Part shown: positions 49,948-59,064 of the stretch, in pieces
How positions within the stretch are numbered: position 1 is the stretch's first letter
Layout: each line of letters begins with the position of its first letter
Origin: a bacterium
GTDB lineage: Bacteria; CAIWAD01
Direction: 5' to 3'
Length of the DNA stretch: 64,000 nucleotides
NCBI GenBank assembly: GCA_030429345.1
Contig: JAUIFJ010000012.1
Location: forward strand, 19,898 to 83,897
Notes under the pieces: generated by a model
What the model was told of the DNA's origin: nothing
The model's database searches: none
Seen by the model: only the letters and a program-made list of their open reading frames with translations
Program-made: the position numbers and the translations under genes

Positions 49948-50919
49948 ATGAAACACAAGGCACGCAGGGTTCTACAGTGGTTCCCTTTCCTGAGTGTCGC
50001 ACTGCTTCTCGCGTGTGATGGAATCCACGACGCGCCCGCCCCCCTGGCCGGGGACCTGGAGATGATCCCGGTGCCGGAGGGCAGCTTCGTGATGGGCAGG
50101 GAGGCATGGCCCGAGGCGGAACCGGAGCATGGGGTCACCCTGAGCCGTTCCTTCGAGCTGAGCCGATTCGAGATCACCAATGCCCAGTACATCGACATGC
50201 TGAACTGGGCCTGGGAGCAGGGCCGGCTGGCGGTCCATGCGGGCAGTGTCTACCTTCTGCCGGGCTACGCGCATCCGCTGTACCTGCTGAATGCCGACGG
50301 CAGCGAGATCTTCTTCATTGGATCACGCTTCCTGCCGCGTCGTCACGACCTGGTTGTCCTGCCGGAGGACTATGACCCGGACCCGCACCCCGTCAAGTGC
50401 GTGACCTGGTACGGCGCGGCCTTCTACTGCGACTATTTGAGCCTGCTGGAAGGGCTGCAGCCCGTCTACAGTCCCAGGCGGTTCCTGCTGGATGACCTCT
50501 CCCCCTACGAGCAAGAAGGCTACCGCCTGCCGACGGAAGCCGAATGGGAACGGGCCGCCCGCTTCGACGACGGCCGGCTCTACCCCTGGGGAAACCAGGG
50601 GGCTTCCCAAGAACGGGTCGTATACGGCAACGCCTGGTCCGAAGCCGTCGGCTCCAGGCCGCTGGGCCGCAGCCGGCTGGGGCTCGAGGATCTATCCGGC
50701 AATGTCTGGGAATGGGTGCACGATCGCTACGGCATGTATACGGCGGAGTCCCGCACGGACCCCTTCGACAACGGCGGGGAGGACCGTCGGGCCATGCGCG
50801 GCGGCTATTGGGCAACGCCGCCTCTTCTGCTGAGCACGGTCACGCGGAGCTTCGGGGACCCGGACAAGGGACACAAGGCGAACGGCTTCCGGGTCTGTCG
50901 TACAGCGCCGGAGCAGTAG
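49948..50919 (+). CDS. FGE-sulfatase-fold lipoprotein (single domain), paralog
   Basis: A lipoprotein signal MKHKARRVLQWFPFLSVALLLAC is present, together with the blocks YRLPTEAEWERAAR and GNVWEWV. Confidence 0.7.
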   Translation: MKHKARRVLQWFPFLSVALLLACDGIHDAPAPLAGDLEMIPVPEGSFVMGREAWPEAEPEHGVTLSRSFELSRFEITNAQYIDMLNWAWEQGRLAVHAGSVYLLPGYAHPLYLLNADGSEIFFIGSRFLPRRHDLVVLPEDYDPDPHPVKCVTWYGAAFYCDYLSLLEGLQPVYSPRRFLLDDLSPYEQEGYRLPTEAEWERAARFDDGRLYPWGNQGASQERVVYGNAWSEAVGSRPLGRSRLGLEDLSGNVWEWVHDRYGMYTAESRTDPFDNGGEDRRAMRGGYWATPPLLLSTVTRSFGDPDKGHKANGFRVCRTAPEQ

Positions 50920-50971
50920 TCGCACCTGCCTGGCGACGGGCCTGCAGGCGTTTCTCCCGCGCGCTCCCGCG

Positions 50972-51433
50972 CTACTCCCCCTGCACGAGCTTCCGCAGGG
51001 CTTCCACGCGCTTGCGGTTCGCGCCCAGGTCGCTCTTCCCCACGCGGGAGGCCGAGCGCAGGTGGATCACTTTCCGTGTAGTGTCCAGGCGCGCTTCCAG
51101 GTCGTCGACGAAGCCGAACCAGGAACTGCGGAAAGTCGCCGCCAGGTAGGACTCCTCTGCCGTCTGGATCACGCCGCCCTCCCGTGACACAGCCTCGCCC
51201 AGGCGACGCCACGTCTTCCGCGGATCCTGTCCCTTCAGGGCCAGCGGCATGACGTAGGACGCCGCCCCTTTTGCCCCCTCGCTGCAGACGCAGTTGCCGG
51301 CAGATTCGCAGGGCGCCAGCGTACCCCCGTTGCGCGCCGGGGAATCCATCCTGCGTGATACGAAACCCAGCCACATGCCGCCCAGCTGCGCGATCAGCGC
51401 CAGCACCAGCAGCGCCGGCAGAATGCCTTTCAT
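50972..51433 (-). CDS. DUF1499 domain protein with an N-terminal TM anchor
   Basis: The ORF was trimmed to MKGILPALLVLALIAQ, which has an AAGGAGG RBS. The start overlaps the upstream stop (ATGA). Confidence 0.5.
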   Translation of the reverse strand: MKGILPALLVLALIAQLGGMWLGFVSRRMDSPARNGGTLAPCESAGNCVCSEGAKGAASYVMPLALKGQDPRKTWRRLGEAVSREGGVIQTAEESYLAATFRSSWFGFVDDLEARLDTTRKVIHLRSASRVGKSDLGANRKRVEALRKLVQGE

Positions 51434-52413
51434 CCCTGCCTCCTTCGAAGGATCTCCGCCAGCCGTTGGCCGGCATCCCAGCCGGCGAGGACGGCGTCTT
51501 CCACCCGCCCCCCGCGAAAGCCGTCGCCGGAAACCAGCAGCGGCGGATCCGACTGCAGCAACCGGCTCTCCACCTGCGGCACGCGGATCGGCCTGCTGTA
51601 GCGCCAACGGTGCACCTGGACCTCCACGGGATTCGACGGCAGCCAGGGGCGGGCCGCGGCCAGCATCGGCTCGGCCGCTTCGGCCGGATCGCGATCCAGC
51701 CACTTGTCGGCGAACTCCGCCGTGGAATGCAGGGTCAGGGCCGGCAGCGGGGAGATTCCCTTCTGCTGGTTGTCGGCGATCCAGCCCAGCGGCCCCTCCG
51801 CGAGCTCCAGGAAGCCGGGAGCGGGCACCCTGCTCGGGGCATCCAGCACGGCCAGCAGGGCCAGGCAGGTCTCGTAGCCCGTGGCCGGCAGCCCTTTCGG
51901 GGAGTGCAGGCCGCTTTCGGCCAGCAGGCTTTCGACCTGCGGCAAGGGAAAGGTCAGCAGGACGGCATTGGCCTGCAGCATTTCGCCCCCTTCGAGCTCG
52001 GCCCGCCAGCCGCGCCCGCTCGCTTCCAGGCGCAGCAGGCGCTTTGGGCAGCGCAGATCCAGCCCTTCCGCCAGGGCCTTTGGCAGGGCGCTGAAAGACG
52101 GATCTCCGCGCCAGCGGATTTCGCCCGCCTGGCTATCCTGGCGTGCGGGCCAGGGGCGCAGAGTACCCTGCTCCGCCAGGCGCGCCACCAATCCCTGGAA
52201 GCGTCCCTCGCGGGCGGTCAGGAACTGGGCGCCATGGTCGAAGACCGCCTTCCCGATGCGGCGGCTGCAGGCCCGTCCTCCCGGCCCGCGCCCCTTGTCG
52301 ATCACCACGACCCGCTGCCCTGCCCGCTGCAGCTCGCCGGCGGCAGCCAGACCGCAGAGGCCAGCACCCGCCACCAGGATTCCTCCGGGCGACTCCTTCG
52401 CGGTCCGCTCCAT
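51430..52413 (-). CDS. NAD(P)/FAD-dependent oxidoreductase (renalase/amine-oxidase-like)
   Basis: The ORF was trimmed to MERTAKES, which has an AAGGAGGGG RBS. A Rossmann GxGxxG motif is present (ILVAGAGLCGLAAAGEL...VVVIDKGRGPGGR). Confidence 0.65.
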   Translation of the reverse strand: MERTAKESPGGILVAGAGLCGLAAAGELQRAGQRVVVIDKGRGPGGRACSRRIGKAVFDHGAQFLTAREGRFQGLVARLAEQGTLRPWPARQDSQAGEIRWRGDPSFSALPKALAEGLDLRCPKRLLRLEASGRGWRAELEGGEMLQANAVLLTFPLPQVESLLAESGLHSPKGLPATGYETCLALLAVLDAPSRVPAPGFLELAEGPLGWIADNQQKGISPLPALTLHSTAEFADKWLDRDPAEAAEPMLAAARPWLPSNPVEVQVHRWRYSRPIRVPQVESRLLQSDPPLLVSGDGFRGGRVEDAVLAGWDAGQRLAEILRRRQG

Positions 52414-52555
52414 GCGCCCCTCCTTTCGAAACAGTGTTTTCTGGAAACCCTCCCGGGACCCGCCAGGTTCCTTCCGCGCGAAGGTGCTCGCGCGCACTCC
52501 GGATCCTCTGCGAATCCGTATACTGGCGACAGAATCACACAGCAAGGATCACCGC

Positions 52556-54796
52556 ATGAACACAAGACGAATGGGCCTGCTGCAGGCAGGAGCCCTGGCG
52601 ACCCTGGTCGCCCTGCTGGGCTGTACGGACGAAGAGAACGATCCCGCCGGCGAAAGCGGCTGGAGCGGCACATTCAGCGCCATGATCAACGGCGTCGCCG
52701 TCTCTTTCAACGAAGGCATCTGGATGGAAGAGATCAACGGAGGCGACGCCTGGGTGATCGCCAACTCAGGAGACCGGCAGCTGCAGTTCTACGTGCCGAA
52801 CAAGGCTGTCGGCATTTTCCTGACCGACGGCGGCGCCATGGGCCGCTATGTCCCAGACACTTCCGACCCGGACTACGACTACGCCAATCCGACGGACGCC
52901 TACGAGAGCCGCCCCGGCATCATCGGCGGCAGCATCACCCTGACCGAGGCGGGAGCGAACAGCCTGGGCGGCAGTTTCGCCTTCGACCTGCTCAACGCGG
53001 CCGGAACGGATACGGTCCGTGTGACAAACGGCAGCTTCGCCATGGAATACGGCGTCTCGGCGAATCCGACGACACCGGTCGGTGCGAGCTGGCAGGCCAA
53101 CGAAACCGGCGTGCTGGAGCACAGCTTTCACCTGGCCGACGACGGCAGCATGGAAAGCGTGCTCGCGCTCTTCGAGCTGGAAAGCTGCATTTCCTTCGAC
53201 GGCAGCTATTCCATCACCGGAGACAGCCTGCACCTGGTCGAGGACGGTGTCACAAGCTCCTTCGCCTGGAGCCTGAGCGGGGAGGTGCTGCTGCTGCGGG
53301 ACGCCACCAATCCGGCCGGCTTCAGCTACCAGCGGATCACGGCCCTGCCGGAGTGCTCGGACTACGGCTTCGGCGCGGCCAGCGATTGGCAGGGAACCCT
53401 GATGGCCCGCATCGACGGGCAGGAGGTCTCCTTCACGGACCGGATCCGCGTCGAGACGATCTTCGGCGACGACCTGTGGGTGATCGCCGACGCGGGAGAT
53501 ACGCAGCTGCAGTTCTACCTGGAAAGCGCCGAGGTCCGCACGCACAACACCGGTGACGACGCCATGGGACGCTATGTGCCCGACACCAGCCTGCCCGGCT
53601 ACGACTATGCCAACCCGGCCGGGGCCTTCGAGAGCATTCCCGGCGTGATCGGGGGCGGCATCGTGATCAGCGAGCTCAGCGAGTCCCGCATCGTCGGCAG
53701 TTTCGCCTTCGACCTGGCCAACGCCGGGCAGACCGAGTTCACCAGCGTGACACATGGCCAGATCGACATCCACCTGGGCGAACCTGCCCTGGATCCCGCG
53801 GGAGTCTGGCAGCGCACGGAAGGCGGCCTGATCGAGGAAAGCTGGGAGTTCCTTTCCGAAGGCAGCTATACGCGTGTTACAGCCTACCTGGACCAGGAAT
53901 ACTGCGAGAGCGAGAACGGCAGCTGGAGCCTGGACGGCGACCTGCTGAGCCTGATGCCCCTGAGCGGCGGCACGCGGGTCTACACCCTGGCCCGCTCCTC
54001 ATCCCTGTTGAGCCTGTCGGCCGGCGGGGAAACGATGCTCTTCAATGAGATCCTCAGCCTGCCCGACTGCGAGCACTACGGCTTTGATCCCTTCGCCGCC
54101 TTCTACGGTTCCTGGCAACATGGCGTCGCCGGCGACTTCGAGGAGACCTACACCTTCCGCGAGGACGGCCGGGTCGACATCCTCGTGGCCCTCTTCCAGG
54201 ACGACTATTGCTTCGTCGTCGAGGGCCTGTGGACGGCGACCCTGGCCGAGATCACCATCGAGTACCTCTTCAACAACGGGCCGCCGCTCTTCGCCTGGAG
54301 CCGCAGCGGGAACACCCTGACCCTCGACAGCCCGCTCTATTCGCCCTTCGTGCTCGAGCGTGTCGAGACCGCCCCCACCTGCGACGACTACGACTTCGTC
54401 TCCGGCACCCCCCAGGGCACCTGGCAGCAGGGAGTGCCCGGGACCTGGGAGTTCTCCGTGGAGTACGCGGCCGACTTCGGCTACAGCCAGACCTATGCCA
54501 TTTTCACCGACGCCAACTGCTTCGAGGAAGCCGGCAGCTGGAATGCCGACAGCGACTCCGTCTACACCAACGTGGACGGCAATCTCAACGCCCTGGCCTA
54601 CGAACGCCAGGGCACCCTGCTGACGCTGACCTATTCCGACGGCAACCGCACCAACCAGTTCACCATCGATCCCGCGGACATGCCCGCCTGTTCCGACTAC
54701 GGCCTGGGCGGCGCGGCGGCGGGAGGCAGTTCGCCGCACGCGCTTCGCGGCGGATCGGGCCTCTTCCGGGTGGAAGGCCCGCGGCCCCTGGACTAG
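52556..54796 (+). CDS. repeat-containing lipoprotein (hypothetical)
   Basis: A lipobox MNTRRMGLLQAGALATLVALLGC is present. There are four to five internal repeats of about 150 aa, each carrying a [LP]-P-x-C-x-[DH]-Y-[GD]-[FL] motif. Confidence 0.5.
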   Translation: MNTRRMGLLQAGALATLVALLGCTDEENDPAGESGWSGTFSAMINGVAVSFNEGIWMEEINGGDAWVIANSGDRQLQFYVPNKAVGIFLTDGGAMGRYVPDTSDPDYDYANPTDAYESRPGIIGGSITLTEAGANSLGGSFAFDLLNAAGTDTVRVTNGSFAMEYGVSANPTTPVGASWQANETGVLEHSFHLADDGSMESVLALFELESCISFDGSYSITGDSLHLVEDGVTSSFAWSLSGEVLLLRDATNPAGFSYQRITALPECSDYGFGAASDWQGTLMARIDGQEVSFTDRIRVETIFGDDLWVIADAGDTQLQFYLESAEVRTHNTGDDAMGRYVPDTSLPGYDYANPAGAFESIPGVIGGGIVISELSESRIVGSFAFDLANAGQTEFTSVTHGQIDIHLGEPALDPAGVWQRTEGGLIEESWEFLSEGSYTRVTAYLDQEYCESENGSWSLDGDLLSLMPLSGGTRVYTLARSSSLLSLSAGGETMLFNEILSLPDCEHYGFDPFAAFYGSWQHGVAGDFEETYTFREDGRVDILVALFQDDYCFVVEGLWTATLAEITIEYLFNNGPPLFAWSRSGNTLTLDSPLYSPFVLERVETAPTCDDYDFVSGTPQGTWQQGVPGTWEFSVEYAADFGYSQTYAIFTDANCFEEAGSWNADSDSVYTNVDGNLNALAYERQGTLLTLTYSDGNRTNQFTIDPADMPACSDYGLGGAAAGGSSPHALRGGSGLFRVEGPRPLD

Positions 54797-54959
54797 TCTT
54801 CTGGCCTTGGCACACGAAAAGCCCCGCCGGGACACGCCCGGCGGGCTTTTCTTTTTCCGGCTCGCGGGAACTGGCCGGCCGCCAGGAACGGACTGAGCCC
54901 CCGCCGGCATCGCCGAACGGGGGCTCCATGGTGTTGCAGGATTCGTGGCTGCTCGCGCC

Positions 54960-55778
54960 CTAGCGCACCAGCAGCATCTTTCGTGTCGCCTTCAGCTCGC
55001 CCGCCTCCAGGCGCAGCAGGTAGGCGCCGCTGGGCAGGGAACCGGCCTCGAAGTGCAGACTGTGCTTGCCCCGGCTCAAGACCTCCTCGACCAGCGTGCG
55101 CACAAGCGCACCGGTCAGGTCATGCACCGCCAGGCGCGCGAAGGAGGTTTCGGGCAAGGTGAACTCCAGGCGCGTCGCCGGATTGAAGGGGTTGGGGTAA
55201 TTCTGCTGAAGCGCGAAACCGCCCGGCTGCTCCGCCGCCGAAGCCGTGTCTCCCCCTTCCGGTCCGAGCACGAAACAGAGCTCGAAAGGCGCGTCCTCGC
55301 AGCGCTGGACGCAGCTCTGCGGATCGAAGGAGCTGTAGACCTTCACCTGGAGGATGTAGTCCCCGGCCTCCAGGCACTCGTCTCCCCAGGCCGTGCCGAT
55401 GGCCGCGGGCGTATAGCTGATGCAGGCCAGCTCGTCGACGCAGTTGTAGTCGTCGTTGCGGGCGACCCGGTCATCGTCGTGATACAGCCAGAAGGCCGTG
55501 TCCGCCGACAGGTCGCCGCAGGAGGAGATCGACCAGTCGCAGAGGGTCTCGTCCAGGCTGAAGGTCAGGTAGGTGCAGGTGCTGCCGCTGCAGCCGCCCC
55601 ACTGGGTCGCCTCCACGGTGAAGGTATCACAGAAGACCCCGGCGCCGATGTCCAGCTCGATCGCGTCCCAGGTGCGGGAGTCGGGGTTGAAGGGATCCGG
55701 CCGGTCCGACTTGTCCGCGCGCACACTGCCCGCCGCAAGCAGCAGCGCCAGGGGGGCAATCCAGAATTCTTTTTGCAT
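54960..55778 (-). CDS. Cys-rich secreted protein with a T9SS C-terminal domain
   Basis: A signal peptide MQKEFWIAPLALLLAAGSVRA is present. The C-terminus reads NYPNPFNPATRLEFTL...GAYLLRL...KMLLVR. Confidence 0.6.
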   Translation of the reverse strand: MQKEFWIAPLALLLAAGSVRADKSDRPDPFNPDSRTWDAIELDIGAGVFCDTFTVEATQWGGCSGSTCTYLTFSLDETLCDWSISSCGDLSADTAFWLYHDDDRVARNDDYNCVDELACISYTPAAIGTAWGDECLEAGDYILQVKVYSSFDPQSCVQRCEDAPFELCFVLGPEGGDTASAAEQPGGFALQQNYPNPFNPATRLEFTLPETSFARLAVHDLTGALVRTLVEEVLSRGKHSLHFEAGSLPSGAYLLRLEAGELKATRKMLLVR

Positions 55779-56008
55779 GGGGGGCCTTTCCTCTGGTCCT
55801 GTTGTGCTCCGCCGTGGCGGAACCCTTTCGACGCCTTCCTTGGCAATCGCGGGGCCAGTCTGTGCCCATCGTCCGCGTTACCGGACCTTCGGGGCGAATT
55901 CAAAGCGAAGGTAAAGGCCAACTGCCCGGCTGGTCCCGGCGCGGCGGCCGAGGGGCAGCGGATGCAGGCTGGTGGAAATGGGCCACTCTGGGGCAGGCGA
56001 AGGGGGGA

Positions 56009-57079
56009 TCAGCCACCCTGCTCGACCTGCTGCAGTAGCAGCAAGGTCTGCTTCCAGACCGCCTCGACGGAAATCCCGGCCAGGCTCTCGGCTTCTTCGC
56101 AGGGACCGTCCGTGGGCAGGCTGCGCATATGGGAGGCGGTTGCGATCCATTGCTGGAAAGGGTCCCGCGGGTCGGTCCAGGCCTGGGGATGCACACGTCC
56201 GAAGAGGGCCAGGCAGGGAACCCCGACGGAAGCCGCCAGGTGTTTGGGCCCGCCGTCGTTGCCCACGAAGAGCGCGCAGGAGCCCAGGACTTCCTTGAGC
56301 TGGGCGAAATTCAGCATGGGCAGGTCGCGCCAGGCGGCGGGACCGATGGCTGACGCCAGCTCCCCGGCGGCCTGCTCTTCCCCGGGACCATGCACCAGGA
56401 AGAGGCGGTAGCCGCGTTCGGCCAGCCGGCGGCCGATCTCGGCCAGCTTCTCCGGCGGCCAGACCTTGTAGGCCTGGCGGCTGACCCCGAAAAGGGCGGC
56501 GACTTTCCAGCGCCGGCGGCCCTTGCGGTCGGGAAGCGACTCGGCCTCGGCGAAGTGCCGCGCGCAGAAGGCACTTGCCGTCCTGCGGTCGGCCTCGCCG
56601 ACTGGAAAGTCGATGTCCAGGTCCAGGGGATCCGCCTCGAAGCCGGGCAGGCAGGCCGCCAGGCGAAGCTTGTCCAGGGCGCTGTAGTCCGCGTTGCGGC
56701 GCGTGTAGCGCCTGCCGTAGCACAAGCGCCGCCAGCTCTTACCGCCGAAGCCGCAGGTCCTGGCCCCCGACAGACGCGCCAGCAGGCCGGTCTTGGGCAG
56801 GCCCTGGGCATCGATCACAAGATCGTAGCGTCGTGCGCGGACAGCGCGCAGGCAGGCCAGCAGCGCGCCGGCGCCTTCGCCGCGCTTCAGGTGCAGCAGC
56901 TGTGATACATGGCGATTGTGCTCCAGCAGCTGCCGGCCGATCGGCTCGCAGAGCACGTCGATCTCCGCCTGCGGCCAGGTCTTCCGCAGCTGGCGCAGCA
57001 GGGGGGTGATCATCAGGATATCGCCCAGCTGGCGCAGCTGGATCACGAGAACGCGGCTGGTTGGGGTTCCGGTGGACAT
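56009..57079 (-). CDS. glycosyltransferase family 9 (LPS heptosyltransferase-like)
   Basis: The ORF was trimmed to MSTGTPTSRVLVIQLRQLGDILMITPLL. A GT9 C-terminal block is present (LFVGNDGGPKHLAASVGVPCLALFG). Confidence 0.75.
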   Translation of the reverse strand: MSTGTPTSRVLVIQLRQLGDILMITPLLRQLRKTWPQAEIDVLCEPIGRQLLEHNRHVSQLLHLKRGEGAGALLACLRAVRARRYDLVIDAQGLPKTGLLARLSGARTCGFGGKSWRRLCYGRRYTRRNADYSALDKLRLAACLPGFEADPLDLDIDFPVGEADRRTASAFCARHFAEAESLPDRKGRRRWKVAALFGVSRQAYKVWPPEKLAEIGRRLAERGYRLFLVHGPGEEQAAGELASAIGPAAWRDLPMLNFAQLKEVLGSCALFVGNDGGPKHLAASVGVPCLALFGRVHPQAWTDPRDPFQQWIATASHMRSLPTDGPCEEAESLAGISVEAVWKQTLLLLQQVEQGG

Positions 57080-57350
57080 GGGCCCAAGATAGGAATCCGG
57101 CGCACAGACGCTCCTCCTTCGGCTTCCACGCGATCGGCTTCGCCGGGCGCGGGGAAGTCGGGGGCTGTACCCTCTCGCGACGGATGGCAGAATTCTTCCG
57201 AGCACGCCTGTCTCCTGCTGACAACCGCCCTCCTGCGGGATCTTCCGGAAACCCGGCCAGTGCAGCTTGCAGACGCGCACTGGCGCAGGAGCCTCTGCGC
57301 AATGAACCCGGGGACCGGCAGGATTTCAGGAGATGCCGGCTGGCGCTTGT

Positions 57351-58601
57351 TCAGGTCGTATACTCGGAATTGATCTCCACGTAGCGGCGGCTCAGGTCGG
57401 TGGTCGCCATCCAGGCATTGCCCGGACCCTTCCCCAGGCGCAGGCGGATCTCCACCTGTTCTGCCGCGAAAGTCTGCGACAGGGACTTCGTGTCGACTGC
57501 CTGCGGGGCACCTCGGGTGTATACCGTGTGATCCCCCAGCTCCAGATGCAGCGAGTCCTCTTGCAGCGCGACGCCGGCATTGGCCGCCGCGGCCAGAATG
57601 CGCCCCCAGTTGGGATCGCCTCCGGCCAAAGCCGTCTTCACGAGGCTGGAGGTGGCAATCGCCAGCGCCACCTGCCGCGCTTCCGCATGGCTTTCCGCCC
57701 CTTCGACGGCGATCCGCGCCATGCGCGCGGCCCCTTCCCCGTCCCGGACGATCTGCAGGGCCAGCTCGCGGGCCACCCGCCGCAGCCCCCGGGCGAAGAG
57801 CGCCTCGCGCGCCCCTTCGGGCCGCAGGGCGGGCATGGCGGCTCCTCCGGCGAGGAGCAGCACGCTATCATTGGTGCTGGTGTCCCCGTCCACGGTGATA
57901 CAATGAAAGGAGCGGTCCACCGCCGCTCCCAGCAGCGCGTCCGCCCTCCCCTCCGCCAGCACGGCCTCGCTGCCGATGACGGCCAGCATGGTTCCCATGC
58001 GGGGGTGGATCATACCCGAGCCTTTGGCCGCGCCGCCGATGGTCACACGCCTGGCGGGATCGCCGTCTTCCTCCGGCAGCTCCAGTTCCAGGGCGCACTG
58101 CTTGGTGCAGGTATCCGTGGTCAGCATGGCCGCGGGCACCTCCCGCAGGGCCTCGGAACCCAGGCGGCCCTTCAACCGGTCGAGCCCCGCCTCGACCTTG
58201 CCGATCGGCAGGGGCACGCCGATCACGCCCGTGCTCAAGACGAGCGCCGGCCCGCCGAAATGTGCTTCGCTGCGTGTCCGCATGCGCTCGGCGTGTTCCA
58301 GCCCCTTCCTGCCGGTCAGCGCGTTGGCGTTTCCGCTGTTGATCACGACACAGGAGGCCCTGGCCGAGTCGGCGAGCATGCGGCGGCAGAGCTGCACCGG
58401 CGCGGCCGGCAAGCGGTTGAGCGTGAAGCGGCCGGCTGCCTGCAGCGGTTCTTCCGCCGCGATCACGGCCAGGTCCGGATTTCCGCTGTCCTTGAGTCCG
58501 ACCCCAAGCGCGCCTCCGCGCATCCCGGGCACCGAATGCAAGCCGCCCCCATCGAGAAAGCGGCCCTCGCCGGGCTCAGGCGCTGCAGGTGAGAGAGCCA
58601 C
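57351..58601 (-). CDS. argJ: bifunctional glutamate N-acetyltransferase / amino-acid acetyltransferase ArgJ
   Basis: ArgJ blocks are present, including the autoproteolytic ATML-like site (GTMLAV) and VINSGNANA. Confidence 0.85.
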   Translation of the reverse strand: MALSPAAPEPGEGRFLDGGGLHSVPGMRGGALGVGLKDSGNPDLAVIAAEEPLQAAGRFTLNRLPAAPVQLCRRMLADSARASCVVINSGNANALTGRKGLEHAERMRTRSEAHFGGPALVLSTGVIGVPLPIGKVEAGLDRLKGRLGSEALREVPAAMLTTDTCTKQCALELELPEEDGDPARRVTIGGAAKGSGMIHPRMGTMLAVIGSEAVLAEGRADALLGAAVDRSFHCITVDGDTSTNDSVLLLAGGAAMPALRPEGAREALFARGLRRVARELALQIVRDGEGAARMARIAVEGAESHAEARQVALAIATSSLVKTALAGGDPNWGRILAAAANAGVALQEDSLHLELGDHTVYTRGAPQAVDTKSLSQTFAAEQVEIRLRLGKGPGNAWMATTDLSRRYVEINSEYTT

Positions 58602-59064
58602 GCCTCTGCTCCTTTCCGCTGAAATGGACCCGTCGCCGCATCACATGGCGCCGGGCGCTGAGCGGCAGCTCCTTCCTGGCATCCTTTTCCGGAAGCCGGG
58701 AATCCTCCGCCCTTTCGAATCCCTGCAGCTGGAAGAAGGCCGGAGTCGTTGTCACACATAGCAATTCGCGTCCGCGCCTCTGCGCCTCGATACAGGCTGC
58801 GCGCACGACCCTTGCCCCCAGGCCATCCCCCTGCCACTCCGGATCAACGGCCACGCTGCGCAGCTCCAGATCCCCTTCCGGCAGGGATTCCAGGCTGGCG
58901 GCGGCTCGCGGACTGCCCGGCGGGCCAATGACGAACCAGTTTCCGATGCCGTCGGCAACCTCCTTCGCCGTGACCGGCAGGCAGCGTGGCACACAGCGTC
59001 CGACCAGGCGCGCAATGGCACCCGCCTCGGCCGGAAGCGCCTGACGGGGAATTCGCGGATTCAT
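58576..59064 (-). CDS. GNAT family N-acetyltransferase embedded in the arg operon
   Basis: The ORF was trimmed to MNPRIPRQ. A GNAT core is present (LRSVAVDPEWQGDGLGARVV). It overlaps both argJ and argD. Confidence 0.55.
   Translation of the reverse strand: MNPRIPRQALPAEAGAIARLVGRCVPRCLPVTAKEVADGIGNWFVIGPPGSPRAAASLESLPEGDLELRSVAVDPEWQGDGLGARVVRAACIEAQRRGRELLCVTTTPAFFQLQGFERAEDSRLPEKDARKELPLSARRHVMRRRVHFSGKEQRRGSLTCSA

Noticed and set aside
48948-50919. Calling the FGE-fold lipoproteins GldK/PorK
   Set aside because: The architecture (FGE-fold lipoprotein in a T9SS organism) fits. However, no gldL/gldM/gldN homologs follow them, and they are shorter than PorK. They are left as a generic FGE-fold family.
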